Assembly (NCBI GenBank): GCA_951406725.2 | Contig: OX597831.1 | Coordinates: forward strand, 75,020,001 to 75,084,000 | DNA: 64,000 nucleotides | DNA from: Octopus vulgaris | Lineage: Eukaryota | Direction of reading: 5' to 3' | Shown: in pieces, positions 38,836-52,712 of the stretch | Layout of the letters: every line of letters starts with the position of its first letter | Numbering within the stretch: the stretch's first letter is position 1 | Position numbers and translations under genes: made by a program | The notes under the pieces: model-generated | What the model was told of the DNA's origin: nothing | The model's input: the letters and a program-made list of their open reading frames with translations, nothing else | The model's database searches: none

Positions 38836-41682
38836 GTTTAGAGAATGTAGGCTGGCACAATCTTTTTCTTTATTTATCCAACTTTGCTGACTTATTCCTC
38901 AGTCGGCACACCTCTATCACTACCCCTCCGTGTACCTTTGCAATAACTCCAACAGCCTTCTTTCAAGGTCTTAGATCTGCACTACCTTCTCTCACACCAT
39001 AATCCTCATCTGCTTAACATTTCCATTTCGTTTATCTCTCTCTGTTCTTACAGATTCAACTGCTATTTCCAGCACCATCAACCTGTTTGTCCTGAAGTAC
39101 TGAAGCATGAATCTAAAACCACTTTGTCTCCCCTACCCATACTTTCCCCTCTCTCCCTACCAAATTAATTACACCTGCCCACTATCTTGTATATAATAAC
39201 GACCAACCAGACTGATAGCCAGTCAATTTTCCGGTTCACCTATAATTAATTACCTTGTCTCATCTAATTACCCATCTATTAGATTTCTTTTGTCTCTCAT
39301 TTTATTGTTGTATGGAAAGTATTAGAAGTAAACTCCCAGTAATACACACCTAATATCTGGTTTCCCCATAACGGCACTAATTTTCTCTTGAGAGAGAGCG
39401 GGGTGCGGGGTATTTATGGATAATTATTTACTGTTTCTGTGAAGTCAGCAGCAATAATGATCTGTAAGTGGATCCCGTTGTGTCAAGTAGGATTTAAACA
39501 TCTGTTCTTTGACTTTTATTTCATATGTCTGTAAAATAATTGGCCAGTATTTAACCTATTTTGTGTTCTAATTGATATTCCGCTCGTTATGTAACCTAGG
39601 TCCTGACTATGGCACCCCAAAAAAAAAAATATTGCCACCACCATCATCATCACCACCATTATCATCATTTAATGTCTGTCTTTTACGCTGGCATGGGTTG
39701 GACGATTTGACAGCATCTGACAAATCGGAGGACAGCCTAGTTCTTCAGTGTCTGCTTTAGTACGGTTTCTGTGGCTGGATGTTCTTCCCAATGCCAACCT
39801 CTCTACCGAAGGTACTGTGAGGTTTTTATTGGAAAATATTCCAGAATTGTATCAGCATTTAATTGAGATTCTTTTATCATTTTACTTATTTCAGTCTTTA
39901 GACTGCAGCCATCCTGAAGCACTGCCTTGAAGAATTTTGATCGAATGAATCAAACCCAGGACTTTTTTTTTGCATTTCTAAGCCTGATACTTATTCTGTC
40001 TCTTGCTAAATCGCTAAGTTATGGGGACATAAACACACCAACAACAGTTATCAAGCAGTAATGGAGGAAAAACCTGTACATATACACACACACACACACA
40101 AGCTTCTTTCAGTTTCCATCTACCAAATCCATTCAAGGCTTTGGTCAACCCCCAGGCTGTAATAGAAGACACTTGCCCAAAGTGCCACTCTGTGGGATTA
40201 AATCAGGAACCATGTGGTTGGTTTTCCTTGTTATGCTCTTCCCAATTCTTTTTTAAATATTTCCTGCTACAGTTTACCAAATGTGTCCTTCCTTTTGTTT
40301 TTTAGGACCAGGTGTGAAGTTAGATGCATAATAGTAACACCTCCTTACTCATTGGTTGGTTCAGTGCATCGTCACTCCCGAAATATTTGTCTCCAGGTCA
40401 TGTTTCTAAGTACGTAACACTGCACCAGTTTCTCCAAGACCTTCCCTTGTTTCGTAATAGGAATTTGAGTTCTGCACAACAAACTTACAAAACACCTGTT
40501 GTTTTTCTGCTAAGAGTACCTCACCTGCTCACAGAACCTCACCTGTATTTTCTTTCTTTATTTACATGTACAGAGATGTTAATCTAATAGGCACAGGTGT
40601 GGCTGTTTGGTAAGAAGTTTCCATCCCAATCACACGAATTTGGGTTCAGTCACACTGTGTAGTACCTTGGGCAAACATCTACTATAGCCCCAAGCTGACC
40701 AAAGCCTTGTGATTGGATTTGGTAGATAGAAACTGAAAGAAGCCTATTTGGTGTGATCATTTAATGTCTGTTCTCCATGGTAGCACGAGTTTGACCGGAG
40801 CTGGTAAGACCAAGGGATGCACCAGGCTCCATTGTCTGTTCTGGCATGGTTTCCGTGGCTGGATGCCCTTCTTAGTGCCAATTTCTTTACAGAGTGTACT
40901 GGGTGCTTTTTATGTGGCACCAGTATCACTTTTGTCCATTACTGCCTCCCTGCCCTGACTTTGCATGGTAGTTGTAAAAAAAGTGCCACTGTCATACAAG
41001 CGGTGTCCTTTTAATTTCCGATGAAAATCTGTCTAGTCATGGTGAATATCATGTTATTTTGAAACCGGTGAGGTTTGGTAACAGAATAGGCATCCAGCTG
41101 TTGAAAATCCACCTAAACAAATCCCATTTGACCCATGCAAGCATGGAATAGTGGATGTTAACATTATTCATGATAGATTTAGTCATTGCTAATAGTCTTT
41201 GCCTCAAACACAATTCTTCTGCAGTGAAAGGGTACAAATTAACAACCTTTCAGGATGAGGCTTGGTTCATTTTCTTTTAAATAATTTAAATGTTTTTGAT
41301 TGTTGCATATTGTTTTACCCATTACATACGAATAACTGGTGATTATTCTTTTGCGCTGTGTTAGTGATATTTTAGATAACTAAATCTTTAATGTTTGATG
41401 AGATTTAATTATGGATGTCGTTTGTATTTGTCAATGTTTTCTGCTAACGAATTATATATTATTCAGTGAGTATATCCTCAAACTCCATAGCTTTTCAACA
41501 ATAATTATGTATATTGTCCTTGATGGCTTCATGGATGTTTGGACAGTAGATTTAGATCCAAGATAAAAGAATCACAACTGGTTCTTAACAGTGGCACTGC
41601 TCCAGATACTTCCTGATACAATTCTAAAATATCAATGAAGGTGGAATAACTCAGATCCAGCAAAATAGACAATAAATATTAA

Positions 41683-42735
41683 AGGTGGTGAGCTGGCAGT
41701 ATTGTCAGCACACCGGGCTAAATGCTTAGTGGCACGCTGTCTATCTTTACATTCTGAGTTCAAATTCTGCCAAGCTCAGCTTTGCCTTCTTTCATTTCGG
41801 GGTCAATAAAATAAGTACCAATTGAGCAGTGGGGTTACTGTGAATGACTTACTCTTTCCTTTGAAACTGCTAACCTTGTGCCAAAATTTGAAATCATTAT
41901 TATTATTATTAAGGTGGTGAGCTGGCAGAATCGTTAGCACACTGGGCAAAATGTTTCACAGTCTTTCGTCCGTCTTTATATTCTGAGGTCTAGTTCCGCC
42001 AAGGTTGACTTTGCCTTTCATCACTTTGGGGTTGATAAAATAAGTACCAGTTGAACACTGGGGTGTCACTGTAATCAACTTACTCCCTCCCCTGAAATAG
42101 CTGTCCTTGTGTCAAAATGTGGAACCATTATTATTATTCTGTTCTATATTTTTGAGATGAGGAATTATGTACGTTATTTTACATTGGACAATAGATGACC
42201 TCACCTTGTTTGTTGTTACCTCAACGTTTCGGCTGATGTACTCTCCAGCCTCCTTCAGGTGTCCTGGTTCAATCCCAGTCAGTGACTTCGAATAAATAAT
42301 AATAATAATAATAATAATTATAATATCAGCAAAAACATACCTTAGGAATGAGAACAGATTACCCCATTAGTCAAACAAGTGGTGGGGTTCGAAATTCCAC
42401 CAGGACACCTGATGAAGGCTGGAGAATACATCAGCCGAAATGTTGTGGTAACAACAAACAAGGTGAGAACACCTATTCATTCAATGTAAATAATAATAAT
42501 AATAATTATTATTATTATTTAAAGCAGTGAGCTGGCAGAATCGTTACCATGCTGGGTAAAATGCTAAGTGGTATTTTGTCTGCCACTACATTCTGAGTTC
42601 AAATTCTGCCAAGGTTAATTTTGCCTTTCATCTTTTAAGGGTCAATAAATTAAGTACCAGTTGAACACTGGGGTCAATTTAATCAACATATCCCCTACCC
42701 CAAAATGGCTGCTCTTGTGGCAAAATTTGAAACCA
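41683..42735 (+). mobile_element. Head-to-tail SINE B copies separated by (ATT)n, hosting an HHR element
   Basis: Heads aaggtggtgagctggcag-like at about 41682, 41911 and 42522. Confidence 0.8.
42141..42495 (+). mobile_element. Second copy of HHR element family 1 with inverted 3'-end duplication
   Basis: Inverted arm 42141-42267; B box ggttcaatccc 42266-42276; HHR gacac-CTGATGA-a-ggctg..cagcc-GAAATGT-T-gtggt at 42404-42449. Confidence 0.75.
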
Positions 42736-43160
42736 TTATTATTATTATTATTAAGGCAATAAGACAGAGATCTGGCAGAATCAATAATGAAAAATGTAAG
42801 GAAGACTGTTTTGAATGTATGGTGATTGTCATTTGTTTAACTTAGTCATAGGTGTGGCTATATGGATAGGTATCATACCAGTTGCATATTGGTGTCAATC
42901 TAATCGACTGACCCCCACCCCCAAAATTTCAGGCCTTGTGCTTAGAGTAGAAAAGTATATGGATGGGTGACGAGTGTGGCTAGCAGTTTGTTTCCCAATT
43001 GCAACCCATGCTAGCATGGAAAGCAGACGTAAAACGATGATGATGGCTTCTGGTTCAGTCCCATCATCTGACACCTTGGGCAAGTGTCTCCTACTATAGC
43101 TCTGGGTCAACCAACACCTTGTGAGTAGATTTGGTGGGCAGAAACTATATAATTATATAA

Positions 43161-43354
43161 GGCGGTGAGCTGGCAGAATCGTTAGCACGCCGGGCGAAAT
43201 GCTTAGCAGTATTTCGTCTGTCTTTAGGTTCTGAGTTCAAATTCCGCCGAGGTTGACTTTGCCTTTCATCCTTTCGGGGTCGATAAATAAAGTACCAGCT
43301 ACGCACTGGGGTCAATGTAATGGACTTAATCCCTTTGTCTGTCCTTGTTTGTCT
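43161..43354 (+). mobile_element. SINE family B, 3'-truncated
   Basis: Near-identical to 1271-1462. Confidence 0.88.
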
Positions 43355-43784
43355 CTCCAAGGTGCCATGGAGTGGGACTGAAATCAGAACTATGTGGTTG
43401 GTAAACAAGCTTTTTACCACACAGTGACTCCTGTGCCTACATATAATTTTCTTCTTTTCCGTTTTTCTGTGTATTATTCACCATTCCACTGTTGTGTTTT
43501 TGTTTTGTTTTTTCTTGTGATTTCTCATGTAGCAGTGTCCTGATTTTCAAACAGAACAGGCCATGTGCTCAGAGCCTGAAGATTGCTTGGAGACACAAGT
43601 CATGTTATAAAAACCTGCTTAGACACGGGTTTCTACAGCAAGAAACTATTTAGTAACATGACTCTTTATGCTGTATGTTGAATCATTTTTATCTCATTGG
43701 AGTACTTTTTTTGTTTGATCTTAATTTAATGGGATGGTAAATTACACACACTTACATCTGGCCTATGTCAGTGTCGCATAACCT

Positions 43785-44430
43785 AGCACCTGTGCCGGTG
43801 ATACATAGAAAGCACCTTTTGTACGTTGGGCCTTACGGAAGCAATGACAACTGACTGAGACTTTTGGCAATAGGCTGTGCTTGAGAAGACCCATCAAACC
43901 AAGTGTTACTCAACTGGCACATAAAAGCACCCTTTACACTCTCAGAGTGGTTGGTGTCAGGAAGGGCATCTAACCATAGAAACCATGCCAAATCAGACTG
44001 GGGTCTAGTGCATTGCCTCAGCTTACCAACCCCTGGTCAAACTGTCCAACCCATGTCAGCATGGACAACAGGTATTCATCATCATCATCATCATTTAGCG
44101 TCCGCTTTCCATGCTAGCATGGGTTGGACGGTTCAACTGGGGTCTGGGAAGCCAGAAGGCTGCACCAGGCCCAGTCTGATCTTGCAGTGTTTCTACGGTG
44201 GGATGCCCTTCCTAACGCCAACCACTCACGGAGTGGGTGCTTTTTACGTGCCACCCGCACAGGTGCCAGACGGGGCTGGCAAATGGCCTCGGACGGATGG
44301 TGCTTTTTACGTGCCACCGGCACGGGAGCCAGGCGTGGCTGGCAACGGCCACGATTGGACGGTGCTTTTTATGTGCCACCGGCACGTAGGCCAGTCGGGG
44401 TGGCGCTGGCAACGGCCATGATCGGATGGT
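43785..44430. mobile_element. Two family E elements tail to tail (plus 43785-44070, minus 44077-44430)
   Basis: Shared ggaagggcatcc / ggatgcccttcc core and ~62-bp internal repeats. Confidence 0.75.
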
Positions 44431-44867
44431 TCACTTACGTGTCACATGATGATATAGATATCCTGCATACTTTCCTAGCATAGAGTTGCCTCCACTAAGG
44501 GTTTGTAGTCTTGCAAACTACATCGTAACTTCATTAGTTCTAATCTTCATCATCATCAGCATCATTTAATGTCTGCTCTCCATGCTGGCATGGGTTACAT
44601 GGTTTGACTGGAGCTGATGAGCCAGAGAGCTGCACCAGGTTCCAGTCTGATTTGGTATGGTTTCTACAGCTGGATGCCCTTCCCAATGCCAACTGCTTTA
44701 AGAGTAGTGGGTGCTTTTGGAAAGTACCCAGTACATACTGTCAGGTGGTTAGCATTAAGAAGAGCATCCAGTTGTTGAAATGTGCCAAATCAGACACTGG
44801 AGCACAATGCTCTCCTTTGACTCATCAGATCCTTGTCAAATTCTCCTACCTATTCTGACATTAAATG

Positions 44868-44913
<46 letters not shown>

Positions 44914-45892
44914 TGTTTTTTTGGGTTTTTTTTTAGTTTTCATCTACTGAAGATACCCAAGGTGCCACACATTGGGATTGGGACTGAAACCATGTGAAAT
45001 AAATGAATTATATGTACGGCAGTGGTTCTCACCCATTATTTTCTTGTGGAGAGCCTTTTCAGTCCTCTTTTGCTCTACTGGGCCCTCATAGCCATCTGAA
45101 GTTTTAAAAAACCCCTTCATATTTTTAAGATGTATTGTTAAATGCTTTGTCTAATGCAGAAGTGTAAGTGATTTATTGCACATAATTTTTAACGACTAAA
45201 TTGGAATGTAATCCTTCGTGTTTCAGGCTATCAGATCAGAGCCCTCTTATATCACAAATTTGGCATATTAACTACATCTGGGCATGTATAAGCAACCAAA
45301 GGAATATCAATAGCGCCAGTTGCAATTACTAGAACTATCAATATACAGATAAAATTCCTTGCCATTTCTGAGATTCTTCATCTGACTTTATTATTTATGC
45401 CAACTCCAACCAGAATTCTATTAAAATACATTTTTTTGTTTGTTTTAAAATTCTGTTGTTAATGAGACTTTGCAGTTGCTAACCTATGGCATGTCACATG
45501 TGCATTTGTGAACATGCATCCACCCTACACATGTGGCTATAAGCATATGCACTGTCGTCTGTGCATATATGTGCATTGTGTTTTTGCATATAGCAATGTG
45601 CACACAATATAAACTGTGTGTACATGAGTGTATGTATGTGTGTTGCCATAGATTTAATGGTTCACTTAAATTGGAAATGAATCATCAGTGTACGTTGCAC
45701 CAGTGATTCTGAATTACAATTATATTATTGATTTAATGTTCGATTTATTTCTCTCTGCCCTCTCACCACAGATTGGACAGAGTTTAACAATTGCAGCATC
45801 ATTCACATGTCTAAATATTGTATTGTTACATCTATATGAATCTTTCCAATTTGTAACGCCTCTGTCTCATATATATATATATATATATATAT

Positions 45893-46145
45893 GGCCGCAA
45901 TGGCCCAGTGGTTAGGGCAGTGGACTCGCAGTTGTAGGATCGCGGTTTCGATTCCCAGACCGGGCGTTGTGAGTGTTTGTTGAGCGAAAACACCTAAAGC
46001 TCCACGAGGCTCTGGCAGGGGGTGGTGACGACTACTGTTGTACTCTTTCGCCACAACCTCTCACTCTTTCTTCTGTAAGCCTGCTCGCAAAGTGCATTGT
46101 GACCAGCGATGTGTAGCAACATCTGATAGCCTGGTCAGTCACGAT
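45893..46145 (+). mobile_element. SINE family C (tRNA-derived)
   Basis: tggcccagtggttagg A box, ggtttcgattccc B box; copies at 57844 and 60451; all in (TA)n. Confidence 0.85.
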
Positions 46146-46586
46146 GCTAGTATATATATATATATATATATATATTCATACACACATATACTTGGTGCAA
46201 TGAAGCTGAAACTTTGTGATTTTTCCACTGAGTTTGAACCCTTCGGTATTCAGACATTATCAAAGATGAAACTCAGAGTAGCAATCATAAAGTTTTGGCT
46301 TCCATGGAATATTGTATCTGTCTGAATTTTTATTTTATATATATATATATAGGAAAGTTTACATGAATTCAATCAGTGTTTAGGAAACAACACAAAAGAC
46401 AAATGTATATTCAATTCAATTCAGTTCTTAAGAATGAGACTGTGAGGGTCTAGAAACATCGGATATAGATTTACAAAGTCTTCTGGTCCAAACCAAATGC
46501 TAAAAGCTAATAAGAAAATATGAAAAATCTAAAATAGAAGAGATAAAACTTGAACATAGACATTTATTTAATGAAATATTCACATA

Positions 46587-46985
46587 GGCGCAGGAGTGGC
46601 TGTGTGGTAAGTAGCTTGCTTACCAACCACATGGTTCCGGGTTCAGTCCCACTGCGTGGCACCTTGGGCAAGTGTCTTCTACTATAGCCTCGGGCCGACC
46701 AAAGCCTTGTGAGTCGATTTGGTAGTTGGAAACTGAAAGAAGCCCGTCGTATATATGTATATATATATATATGCGTGTGTGTGTCTGTGTTTGTCCCCCT
46801 AGCATTGCTTGACAACCGATGCTGGTGTGTTTGTCCCCGTTACTTAGCGGTTTGGCAAAAGAGAACCGATAGAATAAGTACTGGGCTTACAAAAGAATGA
46901 GTCCCGGGGTCGAGTTGCTCGATTAAAGGCAGTGCTCCAGCATGGCCGCAGTCAAATGACTGAAACAAGTAAAAGAGTAAAAAGA
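46587..46985 (+). mobile_element. SINE family A, full length
   Basis: Near-identical to 23106-23502. Confidence 0.92.
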
Positions 46986-47276
46986 GAGAGTATATGTACA
47001 TACACACACACACAAGCATCATCATCATCGTTTAACGTCTGCTTTCCATGCTAGCATGGGTTGGACGATTTGACTGAGGACTGGCGAACTAGATGGCTGC
47101 ACCAGGCTCCAATCTGATCAGGCAGAGTTTCTACAGCAGGATACACTTCCTAACACCAACCACTCTGAGAATGTAGTGGGTGCTTTTACATGCCACCAGC
47201 ACGAGACAGTCAGGCGGTATTGGCAACGGCCATGCTCAAATGGTGGTTTTTACGTGCCACTTCCACACACGCACAC

Positions 47277-47316
<40 letters not shown>

Positions 47317-47319
<3 letters not shown>

Positions 47320-47542
47320 ACCTTGTGAGTACCGCTGGCGATTTTTTTTTTTTTTTTTTTTTTTTTTTTCCTCTGTCTTCCCTTCTCGGGATTTTTCTTT
47401 CTCCTATGTTTCCAACGAAGAGCTCCGCTCGAAATGTTAAACCCTCTTTCTTCCCTTCTTTCCTGAGCATCCAATAATACTTTATTTGTTCCACGTCCTC
47501 ACGTTGTTGTGTTTTTTTGTTTTTTTGTGTTTTCTTGATTGG

Positions 47543-47545
<3 letters not shown>
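47317..47545 (+). mobile_element. HHR element family 4 in (TA)n
   Basis: gttt-CCAACGA-a-gagc(tcc)gctc-GAAATGT-T-aaac at 47408-47442; homologue at 63116-63315. Confidence 0.65.
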
Positions 47546-47585
<40 letters not shown>

Positions 47586-47899
47586 TTTGATCTTAGCCAA
47601 AAGACACGCATATATATGCTTATATATATTTTTCTCCTTTTCTCTTTTTACTTGTGTATGCACCCTTTCACTGTCTCATGTTCCCCATCAGTTGCAGGCA
47701 GTTTCTCAAATATAGATGATGTAAAACTCTGCTGTCTTATTTTGCTTCTATCATCTTCACTCTGAAGATGGATTTAGCCAGAATTGTCGGATACTCCACT
47801 TCCCACAGAAATTTTGCTTTACCCTTTCTGCCGACTTTTCCAAATTGCGAATCTTTCCAGCATATTTCACCTTCAGTTTCCTTGGATTCCCTTTCATCG

Positions 47900-48016
47900 A
47901 CATATGTATATATGTATTCATATAAATGTGTGTGTGTATATATATATATATATATGTGTGTATGTGTATATATGTGTGTGTGTGTATATATGTATGTGTG
48001 TGTGTGTATATATGTA

Positions 48017-48070
<54 letters not shown>

Positions 48071-48080
48071 TGTGTATATA

Positions 48081-48162
<82 letters not shown>
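47900..48162. repeat. Compound (TG)n/(TA)n microsatellite
   Basis: Direct inspection. Confidence 0.95.
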
Positions 48163-48172
<10 letters not shown>

Positions 48173-48885
48173 GAGGTATATAGCTAATACAGATCTATAG
48201 GTATGTACACATACAGATGTAAGCAGATAGTGCTGGAGACTTTCTGTACTCTGGCTCCTCCTTTCTCACTAATCCCTGGCATTTTTTTTTTTGCTTGAAT
48301 TTTCCCCTGTCCCTTTCATATATGTACCCGCCCCAACAGCATCTGCTCCAACTCTCTCCACTGCCACCTTCTCGCAGCAACAAATTGGTCCCTTTCGTCT
48401 TATTTTATCCTCTTTTATTATCTCACCTAAAGTCATCACTCTCTCTCTCTGCCATGAAAAAAGCACCAAGCATACTGTGAAGAGTGGTTGCCATTTATAG
48501 TAAGCATCCAGCCATAGAAAGCAATCCAAAACTAAGACATTGAAGCAGGACGCAGTCATTCCATTCGTTTGATCCTTTCAACATGTTCAGCATGGAATGT
48601 AAATGTAAATTAATGAGGATGTAACACCGGATGATGTTCACCCTGAGGGCTGCCTAAAAACTTCCTAGGGTGACCAGATTGACATTACCTGTACAGGTGC
48701 AACGGGTGCTACATGTCAGATGTTGAAATGGTCGCAGAGCAACGTGAAATGAAGTGCTTTGCTCAAGAACACAATGCAACGCCTAGTCTGGGAATTGAAC
48801 CCATGATCTCACAATCGTCAGTGTAACACCTTAACCACTGAGCCATGTGCCTTCACACACACACACACACACATGCATATGTATA

Positions 48886-49704
48886 TAAGGGGCAGCTGGG
48901 AAGTCGATAGGGTGACCAAGATACTCTCATGGAATGTGAGGTTTATTTCATCAACTTGGTCCTCCTTGCTGTCCACTCACTTCTTCCATTGGTGTTGCAG
49001 TGCTTGGACACCATTGGCGAAGAACCCTTCATCCAGTTGGTCAAGAGAGTCATCAACAGTAGATATGAGGTCATCACTGGTGCCTGGCCAAGAGTTTTTT
49101 TTGGGTTTTTTTTTCATGTTGGAGACTAGATGATAGTGAGGTGAGGCCAAACCAGGAGAATAGGGAGGGCAATCAATGAGTTCAAGCCACAGTCATGCAC
49201 GGCAGCCATTGAAACCAACGACTTTTACACTGGAGCATTGGGTTGATGAAACAAGACCCCTTTTGTCAGCTTTCTTAGGCATTTGGTCTTAACGGGCTCA
49301 GCGAGTTGGCATAGCACTATCCATTGATGGTCTGGCCTTTTTGAAGTTACTCAATAGACAGTATCTTCTGTTGAGCCTGTCACCTTCCTTGCAGATGAAA
49401 TGACCTTGGCCTTTTTTGGAGCAGGTGAGGAGGGGTATTTCCACTGTGTGGATTGTCTCCTTGTTTCTGGCTCGAAGCGATGAAGCCAACGCTTGTCCTG
49501 GATTAGGAATCAGTCAAGTAAACCAGTTTTGGATCTGCCTCAACCATTTACTTTTGAAGTCTTCTTTGAATAGTCAGGTGTCAGTTTACGAGGGAAGAAC
49601 CATTGTAGTTGTTAATAAGAAGAGTTGGAATTAATGCCTGCCAAGTTACACATCTCTAGCATCATTCCTTCATAGTGATCCTGTGAACCTTTCAGCTCAC
49701 CCTC
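48886..49704 (-). mobile_element. Degenerate Tc1/mariner transposon with transposase remnant
   Basis: Minus strand EPETRRQSTQWKYPSSPAPKKAKV, GVLFHQPNAP, PPYSPGLASPHYHLVSNMKK (YSPDLAP motif); degraded TIRs; deletions and frameshifts. Confidence 0.8.
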
Positions 49705-50827
49705 AATCAGTGCTATTTGCTTGTATTGTCTTTCTTGTTACAATAATGTGAAAGGTGAAGATGACTGATACCCTCGTGATATCAAGACAAAAGGGTGGGT
49801 TTTACTAGGATTTTAACTTAGATAAGACCTGCTACCAAATTCAATAGTATAAAACAACTGACTTCTCCATCTCCCTGTCTTTCTATTTTCCTCATTTTTT
49901 TTTTCTTTCCAATCTGGTGCTATTAAATTAGACATGGCCTGAGCCCACTTTGGCTGAAACCTATCTAAGCAATCTCCCTTCTGTGCTTTCCCTTTCTCTC
50001 TCAGCTCTAATAACTCTGCCGCTTTGTCAGCACATCTGTGGAACACTAATGATTGCTATGTCAGCTCTTCTTTCAGAATTGTCACAAAAAGCAAAACAAA
50101 GAATTTATAAATTAAGAATAATCAAAACATTGCATAAAAGTTATTACTGAAGGTAGCGATATGCAACATTGCAAATTTTATCTGTGTCTGGATAGATGGT
50201 GTAATTAACTATCATATATGTGTGTGTGAATAAATGTATGTATATATATATTTATATATACACACACACACACACACATGTATATTTGGATAGATTGCAA
50301 TTAACAAATATATGAAAAGGCTAAATTTAATAATCTAAACTTTTAAGTTGACTCAACAGAAATACTTTAAAAATTTTTCTTCTTAATTCAATTTTGTTAT
50401 GTTTATCTCCTGATATTTTTAGAAAATATATATTTGTTTCTGAATTTGTTTAAATGTTAGTTATGTCTTACTTTCAGTACACACACACACATGTGTATAA
50501 ATATACGTCTCTCTATATATATATGCGTGTGTTTGTGTGTGTGTATAAATACACGCACGCAAGTGAAAAAGTACGTAAGCGTGTGCATGTGAACGTTCAC
50601 ATTCTCTATCTTCACATGAAATCACCGAGCAAAAAATGGTGACATTATATAGTGTGTGTGAGTGTGTATATATTTGTAAATATGCTGTATATATGTGTAT
50701 ATTTGTAAATACATAGCTGTATGTTATCTGTATATGTGTGTATATTTGTAAATACGTAGTTGTATAAATGTTATGTGTATGTTTATTTTTGTGTGTTCAT
50801 AAGCATATCTTTATGCATATATCTGCT

Positions 50828-50878
<51 letters not shown>

Positions 50879-51269
50879 ATGTGTGTGTATATATATATAT
50901 ATGCACACAGATGTGTGTATGTTGAAAGAAAATAGCTGATATAACTGCATATAATCTCTTTAATGGTGATATTTTACTGGATGAAAATGACAATATTTTG
51001 CCTGAATGCATGTTTTACGTACAAATTTTGTCGTGAGAAAGCTTTTTATTGGTAATTGTCTAAAAATCCTAACTGGATAAACACAAGTTTTGACTCAGTG
51101 CAACCAGATACTTTGAACTGTAGTAACAAAGCCCATGGTTGGTTAAATCTCTGGCATGGGTTCAATTCCAAACTGGAGCCGTTTTACTTAGTTTTGTTAA
51201 TGGGTTTAAAAGAAAGACTTCATAAACGCATGAATCTTAGTTGATCTCCTTGTTTTCCTCCCATTATAA

Positions 51270-51605
51270 CCCTTTTGATACCAACCTGCACTCGACACCT
51301 GCCCTGATTCTCTGATATAAATTTCATGTTAATTTATGTTCCAAACAACACCTAAACAATGACAAGGATATTTTAACTAAATTCTTTATTTTCAAAATTA
51401 ATTGAAACAGAGGCAGTAGTTTTCAACAGAAATATGGTAACAAAAGGGTTAAAGTGATCCATATTTAAACCTATCTTCAAAATTTCATGTTAATTTATGT
51501 TCCAAACACCTTAATAATGACCAGGATATTTTACTAATTTCATTTTTGAAATTAATTGAAATGAAACCACTGTATTTCAGGGGGAATATGGCAATAAAAG
51601 GATTA
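51270..51605. mobile_element. piggyBac-like MITE plus tandem partial copy
   Basis: cccttttgatacc...ggtaacaaaagggttaa. Confidence 0.7.
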
Positions 51606-52390
51606 CACTTTCAGAAAGACAGCAACTCTTTCACAGTATTGGATGAGATCTCTTGCAGAATATCTTCTGGCTCTTTGTGTTTAAATTCTGCTGAGGTTGA
51701 CTTTGCCTTTCACCCTTTCAGGGTCGATAAATTAAGCGCCAATGAAACACTGGGGTTGATGTAGTCAACTAGCCCCTTCTTCCAAAATTTCAGGCCTTGT
51801 GTATATTACTGGAAGGGATTATTATAATGACAAACTGGCAGTTGTTCAAGCATCAGACAAAATGCTTAGCAATACTTTCTCCATTTCATATTTTGAATTC
51901 AAATTCCACCAGCGCCATCTTTGCCTTTTGTCCTTCTCATGGCTTAGGGGGGTCAGCAATTAAAAGAAAAAAAAGGAATTAGTCAAGTTCTAGGAATGTT
52001 GTGATTGATTTGGTTCCTCCTCTCAAAATTACTGACCATTTACCTAATTTTGAAACCATTATTATTATTATTATTATTTGAATAAAATCTGGGCTCTTCT
52101 GAGTTGGAATTAATGCCTGCCAAGTTACACATCTCTAGCATCATTCCTTCATAGTGATCCTGTGAACCTTTCAGCTGATACCCGTCAATCCCACTACCCG
52201 TAACCCACCTTTTCAAATTTTCTAGTTTGCCACCACCTTAATAATAATAATTATTATTATAATCTTCTAACTTAAGTTTAGATTATGGATATCTAAACTT
52301 GTGATATTTGGAACTGGAGTGTTCTGAATTCAATGGCTGCAGGTGTCAACTTTGTTGCTATTGGTCTAATATCAATAAAGTACCAGTAAT

Positions 52391-52712
52391 ACAGTGGTTA
52401 GAGTGTCGAGCTTACAATCGTGAGGTTGTGAGCTCGAATCCCGGACCGGGCTGCGTGTTGTGTTCTTGAGCAAGGCACTTTATTTCACGTTGCTCTTGTT
52501 CACTCAGCTGTAGAAATGAGTTGCAACGTCACAGGTGCTAAGCTGTATCGGCCCTTGCCTTTCCCTTGGATAACATCGGTGACGTGGAGAGGGGAGGCCG
52601 GTATGCATGGGCGACTGCTGGTCTTCCATAAAACAACCTTGCCCAGACTTGTGCCTCAGAGGGTAACTCTCTAGGTGCAAACCCATGGTCAGTGTCTGAC
52701 CGAAGGGGGTCA
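52391..52712 (+). mobile_element. SINE family D
   Basis: cagtggttagagtg..ctcgaatccc tRNA head, gtgttcttgagcaaggcac core. Confidence 0.8.

Noticed and set aside
44236-44385. CRISPR-like pattern: 25-bp ggtgctttttacgtgccaccggcac repeats with ~37-bp spacers (also at 27.5, 35.0 and 57.0 kb)
   Set aside because: Spacers resemble each other, arrays have only 2-3 units inside a dispersed retroelement, the context is eukaryotic and no cas genes are present
45893-45960. Functional tRNA genes in SINE heads (families A-D)
   Set aside because: A/B boxes present but no acceptor stems, and all continue into SINE bodies
47768-48171. Cys/Val/Tyr-rich ORFs (also at 9.3, 13.3 and 60.7 kb)
   Set aside because: (TG)n/(TA)n microsatellite translations
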